From Lytechinus pictus (taxonomy: Eukaryota): 64,000 nt of DNA. The notes below the pieces were generated by a model, which had not been told where the DNA came from, did not search any database, and saw only the letters and a list, made by a program, of their open reading frames with translations. The stretch's first letter is position 1; each line of letters opens with the position of its first letter. The stretch lies in contig NC_087252.1 of the NCBI RefSeq assembly GCF_037042905.1, positions 18,788,001 to 18,852,000 of the forward strand, read 5' to 3'. Of the stretch, positions 12,881-26,512 are shown piece after piece. The position numbers and the translations under genes were made by a program.

Positions 12881-13650
12881 CCCTATTATGACTGGGCTAT
12901 TTCAGACCAGGATATACCGAGGGACAATTTGGTCCCCCTCAGATCTCGGCCGCTGATCGCGCGATCATCGCGAAAATTTGCATGCGAATGTAAACTGCAA
13001 AAATCTGTAGTAAAATTTTCAAATGATTAATTGTTTTTGTTTTTAAATAATGAGTTATGCAAATAAGCGTATGAAATTTACCCTAAATTAGTATTTTGTG
13101 TATGTTTTTGCCTTTAATCACTTTATATAGCTAGCTAGTAGAATATTACTTTTTGGTGAGAGTATCAATTCTTACATTTCTAAGAAATAGCGAACAAATT
13201 GCTAAAATATAATCAATTTATTATGTATTTTAATGTTTTTTGAATTCTTATGTATTTCGTTGTCTTGTTTTAAACTTTGTTTTTTAACACCTTTTCCAAT
13301 GAACTTTGCCGGGGACCTTTTGCGATCATTAATAGCGTAAAACAAAATCATTTAAACCAACAAACGTAAAATAATCATACATTTATCATTTTTAGTTAAA
13401 AAACACAATTTGCTTTCACTTTGTACACGGAATCACGTTATTGAGCAATTTCGGGTCTGACATGCACTTATAAAATGTTGCGTAATTTCGAAACCGCGTA
13501 CCCAGGGGGTCGCAGGTTTGGCCTTTAAAGATGTGCAAAAGTTAAAAGTAAAAAGACACCGAACGGCGCGGTCAAAAAAGGATCGCGCAACGGCGTAGTG
13601 ACGAAATTGTCGGGGAGGGGGTCAAATTGACACCCCAGTTAGATAAGTTT
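12881..13650. mobile_element. Degenerate piggyBac-like MITE
   Basis: tcaa|CCCTATTATGACTGGG at the left and CCCAGTTAGATAAG..ttaa at the right; imperfect TIRs. Confidence 0.4.
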
Positions 13651-13823
13651 TAAAGAGGGATATGAAACAAATATATCAGTCATTTCCTTCGAAAGTATGG
13701 GGGAATTATTAATCCTCAGTTGGATTGGCAGTATAAGTAATTTCTCTTACGGCTTCACCCCTCGGGGAAAATAGTAATTGCTCAGTTCAACCTGGGATAA
13801 ATAATTTCGGCTATGTTTTCTCA

Positions 13824-13860
<37 letters not shown>

Positions 13861-14242
13861 AAGATTAGAGTAGAATATAGATATATATATACACACATAT
13901 TTGTTTGCATTGGCATTGTGGGAGGCTGACACAAATATCATTCTCTGTGAGGGATTTTTTTCCTTTTTTTTTGGAGGGGGGGGGGGGGTCATTGGCTTCA
14001 TTAATCTATTTTAGTTGTTTTATTGAATCCATTTATTCGAGAAACTGTAAGAAACAGATGGATAGAGAAAGAAAGTAAAAATCCAGGACAAACTGGAATG
14101 TGCATGTTTATATTATACACGACATTTTTTTTATTTACCCGTCTCTGCAATTGTACCCCGTTTATTTTATCGATCACTGATTTATTTATTCATCTATTTA
14201 TATAGTCATATATTTTATTTGTCGTTATTCATTTAGGCTCAT

Positions 14243-16250
14243 GCAGGGGCGGATCCAGCCCCCGCCAATATGGGGGGGGGGGGGATTTTTTCACCCATAT
14301 TTTCCCCGATCGGCCGCTCAAAGTTGATTTTTGTTTGTTTCTTTGAAGGGGTTGTCCCAGTGGCGTAATGAGCAATAAATTTTGAGAGGGCTCGATATAG
14401 CGCATCGCGTAAAATTGAAGTTACGAGAGAGCGAAGCGAGCAAGCAAAAATGTTGACATTTTTATTACAAAAATCACAGTTCGTGATAGATTTTGACATA
14501 TTATATGGAAAATCATATCATATTTACCCTTATCCCTTTCCTTTTCTCCATTTTTTTCTTGGTCGTGATATTTTTTAATTTTATTTTTATTAATTATTAT
14601 TATTATTTTTTTTTTTTTGGGGGGGGGGGGGCAAAGCGCCCATGTCCTAGCAGTCATTTCTTAGCTTTATTCTAATAAACAACATAAATGTGTAATAATG
14701 AATAGGTAGACTAGCTTAGCCGGGTAATAATAGCAGGACCCGCTGGGAGAACAGTTTTCGGAACTGAAGTGGCTACCCTGGGTAAAAATACCTATTAGCA
14801 TTATGTTATTATATATATATTATAATAATCTCATAAACCCTATTCAAATACTGTGAGCACGAAGTACGAGCTAAACAATTTTGAAATTTCATGTAATTTG
14901 TCCTGAAAATTTAACATTCTTGGCAATATTTGTGAATCTGAACAAGATGCGTATGTAACTATATGTACTGCGAGTGCGAAGCGCGAGCAGAAATGCTTAT
15001 AATGCATTCTGGCCTTGTCAAAAAGGGACCTGTTAAAGACGTTTCGCAATTTGACATTAATGATTAAATATAACGAGCGCGAAGCGCGAGCTGAGATTTT
15101 TTGACGTTCCGGCCTAAATAAAATAACGTTATATGCACTTTTTGTAATCATGAACGGTATAATATATAACCAAACAATTGATGCGAGCGCGAAGCGCGAG
15201 CGGAAAAAATGATATTTCAAACCTAAAAACGGGACACTATTTTGGAAATAATGAAAAAGGTTTGGTATAATTTGGTATCTTTATACATTAATAATGCGAG
15301 CGCAAAGCGTGAACAGAAAATTTTTGATAATCTAATCTGAAACTGGATAATTTTAGAACATTTTGAATAAAGATTAAGCTGTGTATTTCAAACATGCGTG
15401 TGCGTGTTTTAGAGTTAGACAGAATCTGGGCATTCTTAATTCATTTGATTTTCATCATCATAAAATCAATAATGCGAGGGCGTAGTGCGAGCTGAAAATA
15501 TTTGATATTCCGATATGAAAAGGATCAATTTTAGCACTATTTAAAGCGTGTAGGGAAATTGTGAAGTGGATATAGATAGTACCTAACAAATGATGCGAGC
15601 GCGAAGCCCGATCTGATATTCTATTATCATTTTGACCTAGGATCGGGACATTCTAGGCCTAAGGACATTTTGTCATATGAAAATGATGACTATCTTCCTA
15701 TTCCTCTCATTCCTAAGCGCGATATTATACTTGTCGATATTCCTTTGTGAAAAAGGACAATTTAGTTATAAGGAATTTATCAAAAATTATTTTCATATTT
15801 ATTAATCTAATAGGAATAATGAGTGCGTGAAATTTGTTGACATTGAGGCCTGAAAACTGAATACTTTTTATTCATAGGTTGATATTTCTTTTAATTATAC
15901 GAGCCGAAATTTTGTATAAACTGTCATAAATGCGGAATTTTAAAAGTAGTTTGTGATAGAATTAATATGTAGGTATACATATCTCACCAATCAAAATGCG
16001 AGCGCACAGCGCTAGCTTATAGGGCCTTCATTTTTTTACAATCAGACACCTGAAAATAGATATTTTGAGGAACTTATGAAATTCACAAAGACAACAGGTA
16101 GGCCTACTTCGCAAGTGAAATAATGCAAGCGCGCAGCGCAAACGGCAAAATGTTGATATTCACACCTTAAAGTGGACATTTTACGGAGCACTTAAAAAAT
16201 CAAAATAATGAAAGCTCGATGTCCGAGCTGAAATTTGTTTTGTATATTGA
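14243..16250 (+). repeat. Composite MITE region (CAGGGGCG/CAGTGGCG starts) with degenerate ~105-130-bp units carrying GCGAGCGCGAAGCGCGAGC
   Basis: Motif copies at about 14431, 14970, 15074, 15183, 15296, 15474, 15595, 15998 and 16124. Confidence 0.6.
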
Positions 16251-16299
16251 CTTCAAATCTTGATAATTATTTTAAGCTACATTTCAGCCTATTAGAAAA

Positions 16300-17860
16300 T
16301 CTGTTCGTTTAATTCAAATTTGAAAGTGAATTCTTTTAATTGAATACATTTTTAAAAACCAAAAAGCAAAATTTCAATTGAAAGTGTACTTTTTACATAG
16401 GCTACAGGCCTATAAAAAAAATCAAACTTTCTTGATGAACAAATATTCGTAAACACAAGTTGCTGAATTATGCTTGTTGATATTTCTTTCATTGTGTCTG
16501 GAAAGTCTAATAACTACTATTTGAACAGAAATTTGCTATGAAATGTTTCACTGATATCTGTGAATTTTGGAATTTATGATCTTGCAAGCACTATGTAATA
16601 AAAAAATTGACAGATTTCTCCAATATTCAGTGAAAACTCCCAAATTTTTGATACCCCTATTTTAAGATTGATTTTCATGTCTTTTTAAAATAAAATCAGA
16701 AAATTGAACTTAGATACATATTTCAGAGCCATACTTTGCTAAATGATTTCAGAAAATATGACTTTATATATATTCAAAATTTACATTTTTCATAATCTGT
16801 GAATCTATATGTTTTTTTTGCTGATCTTTTTTTTTAATTTGTTCAGTAGTGTTTTATCTTTATTCAGTAATGTTTTTATCTATTTGTCTTGTAGTGCTCT
16901 CATATGAGAAATCGTTTTTCCGTTTTTGTTAGAATCCAGGAGATATCATAATGTCCCAGTCAGCAAAAGGTACCCGAGTTTACTTTAGCAATGGAAAAAA
17001 AATATTCATTGATAAATTGAAAAAAAAAGCATTCCATTGCAAATTCATCTTAGAAACAACAACTAAAGTTCATAAATATTTTGTTCCTTTCTTAGTGCAT
17101 TGTTGCATTATATAACGTACAATTTTTTCCCCATTTTTTTTTATGGAGTTATGCACGTAATTTGAACTTGGTATAGAAATTGCAACGTTATTAATTTGTC
17201 GTTTTGGAAAAAAAATGGCTGCTCAATGCAAAAAAGTTTTAAGAATTTTTTGGGGTTTTCAAGGTTAATCTTCTGGCAACATTCTCATTTATACATTGTA
17301 AATATTGAATTATATCATTGTGTGATTTTTGTTTGAATATCATGTAAATAATGTTAAAATTGTTAAAATCTGGCTTTGCAAAATCTGATGTATATTTTAG
17401 TTCTTTGTATTTTAAAAATTGAGGACAATTTTTTGGAAGGAGAAAGTTTATGTAAGATGGTTATTTTGTCTTTTTCCCATTTTGTCCATTTCCTTTAACT
17501 CGTGTTCAGCTGTTTTACATTTCTGTTCTGTCTAGACTTGAATTCATTTGCATTTCTTTTCAGTACTGCCCTTGCAGTCTGAGCTTAGGTTATATGGGTT
17601 TAATGATATTCAGTTGTCATTCATTCATTCTACTCTGAATTCCTTTCCTCTGATTCTCTTTTGTCATCTTCATTCCTTTTATATTCAGGTGTTCCACTCA
17701 TTTTATCCCTCACCTGACTCCTTAGTTTCTACTTCCATTATTGCATATCACCAGACATCTTTGACATCTTCATCTCCTTATTTCGTATTGGTTTATCTTA
17801 TGAATTGGGTTCTTATTTTTTTGTTCGATCCTTCCATTCATTTGATTTTGATTGGTTGAC
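16300..17860 (-). pseudogene. Possible very old L1/Tx1-like ORF2 remnant
   Basis: Scattered minus-strand motif remnants in the expected order (E.pkkF, SPG, KSFSKV.GLK, IKNLGVF), with many stops. Confidence 0.35.
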
Positions 17861-18169
17861 TACTTGATTTAAATATTATGTAAATTATACTATCATTCTG
17901 AGTTTAGCTGAGGCAAAGTAGCCCAGAGATTAAATAGGTGCACTAACAGACTCATTCGGTTGCAGTTTTGTTTATTTGCGTCTCTACTTCAGTTTCACTT
18001 ATTTTCCCTTTGGTTTGATGATGATTGAGTTTGCTGCTTTGAACTTATATCATTTTCTACCCCTAAACTTATAAAATTTTCAACCTTACACTAAAAGTGC
18101 TCGGCGGGTCGCACGGCCGAGCACATGTATCCCCCGAACCCACCGCATCATCAATCTTGGTGATATATA

Positions 18170-19513
18170 CAGTGCGTAAAAGAAAAAAAAAACGGGACAG
18201 TTTTGAAAAGTCTATAACAAAATCGTTTCAAATTATTATATCTATATTTTGATGTTAATAGATGCTCTTAGATCTTATCGTTCAGATGCCATTAAAAAAA
18301 TAAATTTTGTACATGCTTGAGTGAACACGGGACGTTTTTGTCGGGGGCTCAAAAAGAGGCTTGCGCCAAAATGGCAGAAAAGAGAAATTTGATTATTAGA
18401 CTTTTGGCTAATCAGCAGACTTCCTCTTATTCTTTTCATTATCTTTGCCATAATTTTCGAATTATGCTGTCAAGTTTCATTTACAAATTTATTTATTTAC
18501 CTGAATTATTTTGTTTTTCATTAAACTTCTTCAACCTTTGAATTTTCCTTTATAAGAAAGGAAGACTTTTTGTCAACCCAAGTAAGAAGATTTGCATTAA
18601 TAATTGGGAGAATTTGTAATTATTCAAATAATTTTATTATAAGAAACAAATCATATGGTACCTATAAAAGACATGAATCCTATTTTCAAGGGGTTATTGA
18701 ATCCTTCACGAAGTTTAATGTGCTTGACAGGATAAACAGGAAAGGATTCATGTATTTCAATAGCAATGATGTATTGAGTCAATTTGATTGAGCAAGATAT
18801 GGCAGATCGGGTAAAATGTATTAAAAATTTGTGCAGCGAACAAGCAAGAATTTCCACTTTTTTATCAAAATATCAGATTTTGTGATTTTAACATAATATT
18901 CTGAAAATGATATCATATTTCTCTTTCTATGTCTTCTGTTATTTTATTTCCACTTTTTTTTCTTGGTCATGATTTTTTTTTTGGGGGGAGGGGTGGAGCA
19001 CCCCGAGCCCCCACCCATCAGTATGCCACTGTTCAAAGGCACCATAACTATTGTAGCATACAATGAAATTTGAAAAAAGAAACACGCTCTCCCATATTTC
19101 GGTTTAAAAAAAATTGTTCTTGCCTAAAGAAGGAATTTTCAAAGCTAAAAGAGAACATATTAAAAAGGAACAACATAAATATTCAAGCAAATAAGTAGAT
19201 TTGGAATTGAATTTTGAGCGCATAATTCGAAAATTATGGCAAAGACAATGAAAAGGTTAATAGGAAGTCTGCTGATTAGCAAAAAGTCCGACCATCATAT
19301 TTATAATTTTATGCCATTTTGGCGCAAGCCTCCTTTTTAACCCCAGACAAAAACATTCCGTGTTCGCTCAAGCATGAACGAAACTAAATTATTTTAATGG
19401 CATTTGATGGATAAGACCTTAGAGCACCTTTTGACACAAAAATATAGAGATCATAATTCGAAACAAAAATTTTATAGACTTTTCAAATATGTCCCGTTTT
19501 TTTATATGCACTG
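18170..19513. mobile_element. Tc1/mariner-type non-autonomous element with long TIRs and a nested MITE fragment (~18830-19030)
   Basis: TA|CAGTGCGTAAA...TATATGCACTG|TA; inverted arms of about 300 bp. Confidence 0.85.
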
Positions 19514-22487
19514 TATTGAGCTCAAACAGAAATTTGACAAATACATACAATTATAATGGTGTCAGGAAAGAAATTTAATTATAAAATGTTTCAGTTTAAA
19601 CATGTGTTCAACATATTTACTTGTCCAGGTTAAGGTTGTCTTGTAGACAAGCATATACATACGTTTTGAATATTTTAAAGGCAAGCGTTTGAAACGTTTG
19701 ATACCCCCCCCCCCCCCCCTTTAGAATACAAGTGTACCAGGTTGATGCCATATTTCGTATTAGGTATACTATAAGCATTTTCATACATGTGTCATAAATA
19801 GCCAAAACGGTGCTCTAGCATTTATAAATGTAGTTGACAGATGCACAGGAAGTGTATTTTATTAATAAGAATGTGTTGCTTTATGCACATCTGTTATCTG
19901 AAATTCTTTGAATTAATTTATAGAAGTTTTACAGTTAGTCCTAGTAACGGTAGGGTATATTAGGAGGTTAATTTAAGTAATTCAGGGAGAACCATCTAAG
20001 CTAGAATAGACTATGGATGTTACTATAGGCAGTCGAAGTTAGAACTGAGGGACTACGTCGGTGACGAGATAACGACCCCAGCTGCCGCCGCACAGTGGGC
20101 CAGAATGAACCCAAAGTGCGCCAAAACACATTATTCACACATTTGTACGATTAAATTTGGTAGATAGGGGTAATTTCACCCGTAGAATTCAATAAAAGTT
20201 TTTTTCAAATATTGATGACGTCGTTAAGATACTGTTTTCTGATTGGCTCTTAACATTGAGAAGAAATTACATGTTTCTAATTCTACAATAATTTATAATT
20301 TTTTAGAAACTAGTTCTAGAGAAATTTCAGCAATAATTAAGCATACTATTAGCAAACAACAAACACACAAACAGGCAAACAAACAAGAAAAGTCTGTGCT
20401 CGGGGTACAAACAATTCAATTGGTGACTTGAGTATCGCTTAAAGAGGGCGCCCTACCATGAATCCGGAATTGTAAAATTCAAAGTGAAATTGAAAAAAAA
20501 ATGCAAAGGAGTATTTTCATTCCCTGGGTACAATGATTAACCACACCTACATGAATTAAAATGGATTGATACTAGAAGTGGACAGTGAAATCTTTATAAT
20601 AGTGATTCAAATTATAAATAATAGAGGCCGGGTCCTCTGCAGGTTAATCAGTACAAGGCCCTACAAGGCCTACTTATTTCACCAAGAACGGTGTATAAAG
20701 TTATTCTGAATCAGAGTCTATCTCTGCTATCTCACCAACTATTGTCTTTGGTGAGAGGATCTTTTAGCATACTTTGAACATCAGGGGGAAGAGGCTGTGA
20801 TTGTTGTACTCTTAAAAACTTGCTACTAATCACAATGTCACCTGTTACCATTAGTCTGTGGAATACATATAAAGTCAATGAGAGTCATAAACCAAACAAT
20901 TCTTGAAATGATAATATACACTTCCTTCTTGATCAATACTAATAACAATTTATAGCAAATTTAGAATGAGCAAGGCGATAAACGAATTCATACGTGTATG
21001 TGAAGTTACAAACCCTTTTGGGGGGATAAATACTTGTAATGAAAATGCAACTTATATATGTACATGTATAGAGCCCACGTATATCCAATCTCTGTCCTAT
21101 ACACATTTTCATATTTTGTCAGAAAACTTTGGTTTATGAACAACAAAACAAATTAATAATCTTACCCGGGAATCCCTCAAGAATTAATCTTCTCAGGATG
21201 ACAGCATATCAGATATGGAACACGGGATGGAACAGTTTGGCATCAAAATGAAGTTGTGTTACATGTATTATTACATAGTTAGTGGAAGTGGAAATGAAAG
21301 CTTGTCTTTACGTATGTTTAACGAAAATATTTTAGGCAGATACCAGTCACAAGAGCCAGACACTTGAGCAAGACATCCCCCCCCCCCTCTCTCTCCCAGC
21401 GCGCGACGGGGAGTTAGTTTAATGTCACCCGCAACGTTCGGCACGCGCATAATGGGACACTAACTTGGAACGATTTTTGTGATAAATACGGCGAACATGT
21501 GGTTGGAAAATTTGTTATATCTCAAGAAAATGCACGTATATGCAGCTAAATTTGGTATCAGTGTAAAGCATAAACTATAACAAAGACCGTCATGGTATTT
21601 ACAGCGCAGCAATCGGCAGCAATTTGTAAAACAAATGCTCATGAAAAAAAAATTGCTAACCCCCCCCCCCCCATTGTCAAATGGTTTCGTCCAAAATTAC
21701 CTCTGAAGGGATTATCAATATATCTTTAAAATATTCGATCACTTAAAACAATCATTCATCAAAGAGCACCGTGAATAAGAAATAAATTAAGCAATTTGTT
21801 TTGTTAAAACAGTGAACCTGTCCCTTCCCCCAAGGTCATCACCCCTGATGGGCAGAATGTATAATGTCCTAATAATAATTAAAGGGTAAGTTAAAAGAAA
21901 AATATGAAAAATTAAAGTTCTCGAGTATATATTTTTTTCCATTTCACTCTCCTTCACCACTTTCTTTTTTCTTTCTACAGGTACTTCACTCAGTTTTCTC
22001 TATTCCTACCAGCCCTGCTCTATACATTTATCGGTACTACCCTCTCTCTCTCACACATATTTCCCCCCCCCCCTCTCTCTCTCCTCCAGTGCTTATCCCT
22101 CTTTTCTTATATAATTTTCAGGTCATGTGATATCTAGTAAGTACACTAAGTTTTGATAGAATACTGTAATTATTTTTTATTTGCTTTGTTATGTTGTAAT
22201 TCATGAATTTGTACATTGGCCCCTTAATATTTATGTATACACCAATAAAATAAAATTAAAAACAAATTCATCCCCGATTTTGTCTTTTGCTTTCATCTCT
22301 CATCTGTAAACGTTTGATGCATTTGTGAGTTAGTTTGTATGCCATTGTGTGTCTTTTTGATTTGATGTGTTATGATTGTGTTAATTTAATTGGCTTGTTC
22401 TTGTATGATTGATCAATGAGTGATGGTGAAATGTATCAGCTACAAAGATTTTGTCTATATGGATATACATGTATTAGTACATTTTTA

Positions 22488-23543
22488 CAGTCAGTAGGCA
22501 GGTCCCCAAAAGTGGCTTCTTTCATCCAAGTGATATTCATGACTTGAGAAGTTTTGCATATTTAATGAGCTTGATGCGGACCAAAACACCTCTTTTCATT
22601 CGGTCATTGCTGCTGTAATTGTGCATTGAATTTCATGATTCTGGTATCATTGTAAAGAAGAATTATTCTTTCAGGTCATGTGTTTAAATTTATTCAAAGA
22701 ATTTGTAATATAGGTTACAATTTTGATCTAAAATATGCTACAAAATAATTATTTTCACCTGACAAAAGCTGCTATTTTCACACTTTATTTTTGTTTGAGC
22801 CCAAATGATTTTTAAATCATGATAAAGTTGAATATGTATGCTTTAAAATGGTATAGGTTTCAAAATTAAAATTGGTTTAATCGGGTCAAGATCACGCTTT
22901 TCATTGTCCAAGTACATAAAGCAGCTTGAAAACAAAAATACTGCACTCTGATTGGTCAAAGGGACCACACACTGGCAAATTCCAACGGTTCCAGTGCCTG
23001 GGTTCATGGGAAGGTCACACTTCCCATGTGGTAATCTCCTCAAATTACTAGCGCCTGTTGTTCTGTGAACCTTATCAGAACTCTGGATTTCAGTACAAAA
23101 TTTCAGAAATCTCGTCTTGTACCTTGGTGGGAAGTGTGATCTTGACCCGATTAAAAGGTGCCGCATATCAAGAGTGGCATTGTGAGAAAGTACAGAAGTT
23201 CAGCTTTATGGTGCTATATATATCATTGAGGCTCAAAATAAAAAGTTTTGCACAATTTGCAAAAGAAAACAGAGGAAGAAAATTCTGTTCTGAGGCACAT
23301 TTTCAGGCCAAAAATTTACTTATTTTTCAAAATATACAAAATAGATGACCATTATGAAAGAATAACATTTACTCTATCTGATGGTGCAATGATATTTCAT
23401 TTAAATAGAGGTTAAAACGGGTAAATTCTTAGAAAAAGAAAATCTCATGAATCACGAGATTTTGCAAGGAGGATTCAGCCACGAGATGATTTGGATGAAT
23501 CTGGCCTTTTTGCTCATTAACATAGGGACCTGCGGTCTGACTG
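22488..23543. mobile_element. Putative non-autonomous TIR element
   Basis: Imperfect termini CAGTCAGtagGCAGGTCCC / GGGACCTGCggtCTGACTG; TSD not clear. Confidence 0.45.
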
Positions 23544-24943
23544 TTTATGAATGACTCTACACATGAATTAAAGACCCACACTGCACTCTTACTGCCACAT
23601 ACATGCAATATAACACTCACAATCAGGAATGAATCACAGTGGTGCTAAGAAGTTAGAAAACCCCAAAAAAATTATGATTCTGTATTAGTGATTTCAGTCT
23701 CCTTTGTAGAGGTAGAATCTCTGTAGTTACTAACATAAAACAATGTACATGTAATCTGTTTAAAGCACATAATACATGTCCATCTTCCTTGTCCATTTGC
23801 ATTTCATGACTTACAGAGCCAAACTGCAATGGCTAACTAGGAGTGTGAAATTGAATATGTATACATTTTTTAAATTCTATGTGAGACTTCACATCTGTAG
23901 TTAGTCAAAAGAAAGAAATGTCTGTTCTTCCTTTGATATATGGGAACAGTAATGGCATTGTTAAGGTGCTAATAATCCTCAATCAAATTTAATGAAAATG
24001 ATTCAGAGTCATTTGCTCAGATAAAATTTCTGCAGTAAACAAATAGATCTACAAAACTCTGTAGTTTGATAGCATGTAAATACACTGCACATGTTCATAT
24101 TAAAAAAATCATTTAGATTTAAACATTTTGCATTTTCATAACTTGAAAAAAGTAACAAATGATCCGCTTAACAATTGTAACATTGAATGCAGATGTACAA
24201 TATTCATTGGAAAATAGGACGCATCAATATTTCTATTCAAACACAGGGCTGGCGATTTTCAAAATCATTTTTCACCAAAAAAAAAAAAATCTGATTATTT
24301 AATTTTTTGGAAAACAAAGTGCAAACACCAAAAATGTAACCCTTTCATTGACATCAATTTAAAAATAAATCACTAAGCTGGTAAATATTTGATTTCTATG
24401 TTAGTGTATTATCGCCAGCAAAATGTGGCTCATAAAATGCATCCTACATGTAATGTGTGTCTCCTGTCTTGGCTAGTAGAGGGTCGATGCACATGCTTGC
24501 TAGAGCCTGGCCATAGGAGTATCATGGGTGAAGGGGCAGGGGTATCATAATCATTGCCAATGGACTCTCTTCCTTGGGCTCCTGTGACAATGACTTGTCC
24601 TTCTTAGTCTTGAGGACGCAATGATGATGACTTTTAAAATAATGATATATACTTCTTCATCATTGACGTCTTGACACTCTCTCCATAGTCTCATAAGCGA
24701 CGGTCCAAAACAAAGATGGATTTCCCTAGGAAATCCATCTTTTAAAACATAAATAAATTTAAATTTATGAATTTTATTGATTTTTACACCTTCCTACGCC
24801 TACTGCGTAGGAAGGTTTTAAAAATTTTTGCTAGAAAAGTAAAAAAAATTAAGGTTTCTTACCAGACTGATGTCGAGTAGACCCCTCGATCCACATGTAA
24901 ACAACGCAAATACAATGGCGACGACCCTTGAACCGCTTATGTA

Positions 24944-25484
24944 TGTTGTAAAAATGAAAGTTGTGGGTTACAGATGTTGTGATGGCACGAGATACGATAC
25001 GTTACGATGGGCGAGTGGTTAATTAATTACAAGTACTACACTGACAAGGATTATGACTCACGAATATCACGAATGGGTTACCGACGGTACAAAACAGTGA
25101 CAACAACTAATACTCACCTGACACTTGTACTAAGGATTCCACACGGTAGATAACTAACTCAGGTAACATTGACTTCTATATAGCTAGGTTGCAGACCATG
25201 GCGCCGAGTGGGGAGCTACTGGGATGTCCTCACTCGATGGCGTCTCTGGGTCTTCTCTCTCTGGTGTCTGGATCCAATCTCCTTTGCACCAGCTTGTGTA
25301 CGTGCTGTGCAACGCACACACGTAGCAGGCGTAGGAGCATATAAAGGCTCCTCCAATCAGGAGCGCTCCTCGCATGCACACAGCACACACACAGACTTAA
25401 TATACATGAACATAGATCAATACATAGACTAATACACAAACTAATACATATAGGGTACTACAGGTACATGGCAAATTTACTACA
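24944..25484 (-). repeat. 3' LTR (541 bp)
   Basis: Minus strand TGTAG...CAACA, preceded by the polypurine tract. Confidence 0.93.
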
Positions 25485-25498
25485 TTCCTCCCGGTTCC
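25485..25498 (-). other. Polypurine tract
   Basis: Minus strand GGAACCGGGAGGAA directly before the 3' LTR TG. Confidence 0.75.
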
Positions 25499-26512
25499 AT
25501 CAGATTGCGACATATATTGACAAATCCATGAATTGGCTATATTGTGCAATCTCAATAGATATAAACAGATATGAAAAACTCTGACAGAAGAATGTAATAT
25601 ATGCCTATATGATTAAAACTGATTAAATACATGACATCAATAAAATACCTCAAATACACAAAAAGTGTGATCTGAGGATATGAACTATTCTTAACTTGTT
25701 CATTAAAAAGATTGCTGGTCCAGCAAAATTAAACATCTCATCACTGGAGACCAGCAAATATACACTTGGAGAAACAAGAACAAGTTAATGGTAAGTATTA
25801 ATCTGGCCAGGCTGGCCCAGTCTTGTCTATGTATTGATACAAAGGTTATCTTCTTATTTAGTGCAAGTCTGAATGACTGAAAGAAGGTATGTTCATCCTT
25901 CAAAGTGTACTACTTGACGTAGATTCTTAAAGTTGACTCTTGGTCAGTGCTTTATATTAAGTTGTATATTGTACTATAAAAATAATGACAATGGAATAAA
26001 GCCTATTTGGCTGGAGCTCTGTTACCAATATATAGGCCTGTACAATGTGACCTTTACAAATATGATATATGATTGGTAATATATGTTTGAGCTCTTAAAA
26101 GCATGTAAAGTAATGATACTTCAACCAGATCTGGTGCAAATAAATATAACAACCTGGACTTGACATACATACATAGTATTTTCTCTTGAGAAAAACTACT
26201 ACTATTTCAACATCCTGTATGACAATATTTCCAGGGTTGTTTATTATAAAGCCTTTGCATACAAGGTAAATGATCTATGGTTGAAATATCTATATCTTTA
26301 TGTAGCATAAAATATATACAAATATGATAAAAGAACTATCTATTGCATAACCAGTGTTTGCACAGATTACTTCATATGTCACCTGAAGAGGTAAAAACTA
26401 TTGAAAATAAGAGGTGTGCCTTCACCTTCAGTGACTATTAAAGGAATTACAATGTATAACAGAAATTTAAATTGCAGGACTTTCAGCAACTGATCAAGGA
26501 GATACTACTCCA

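Noticed and set aside
14431..16145. CRISPR-like look (short motif with variable spacers)
   Set aside because: The motifs are degenerate, the linkers are related to each other, the context is eukaryotic and there are no cas genes.
19900..22000. Host promoter or exons (CpG patches, isolated splice-like signals)
   Set aside because: No consistent open frame or recognisable protein.
25184..25439. Short ORFs duplicated at 32683-32938
   Set aside because: They lie within the LTRs; the duplication reflects LTR identity, not coding function.
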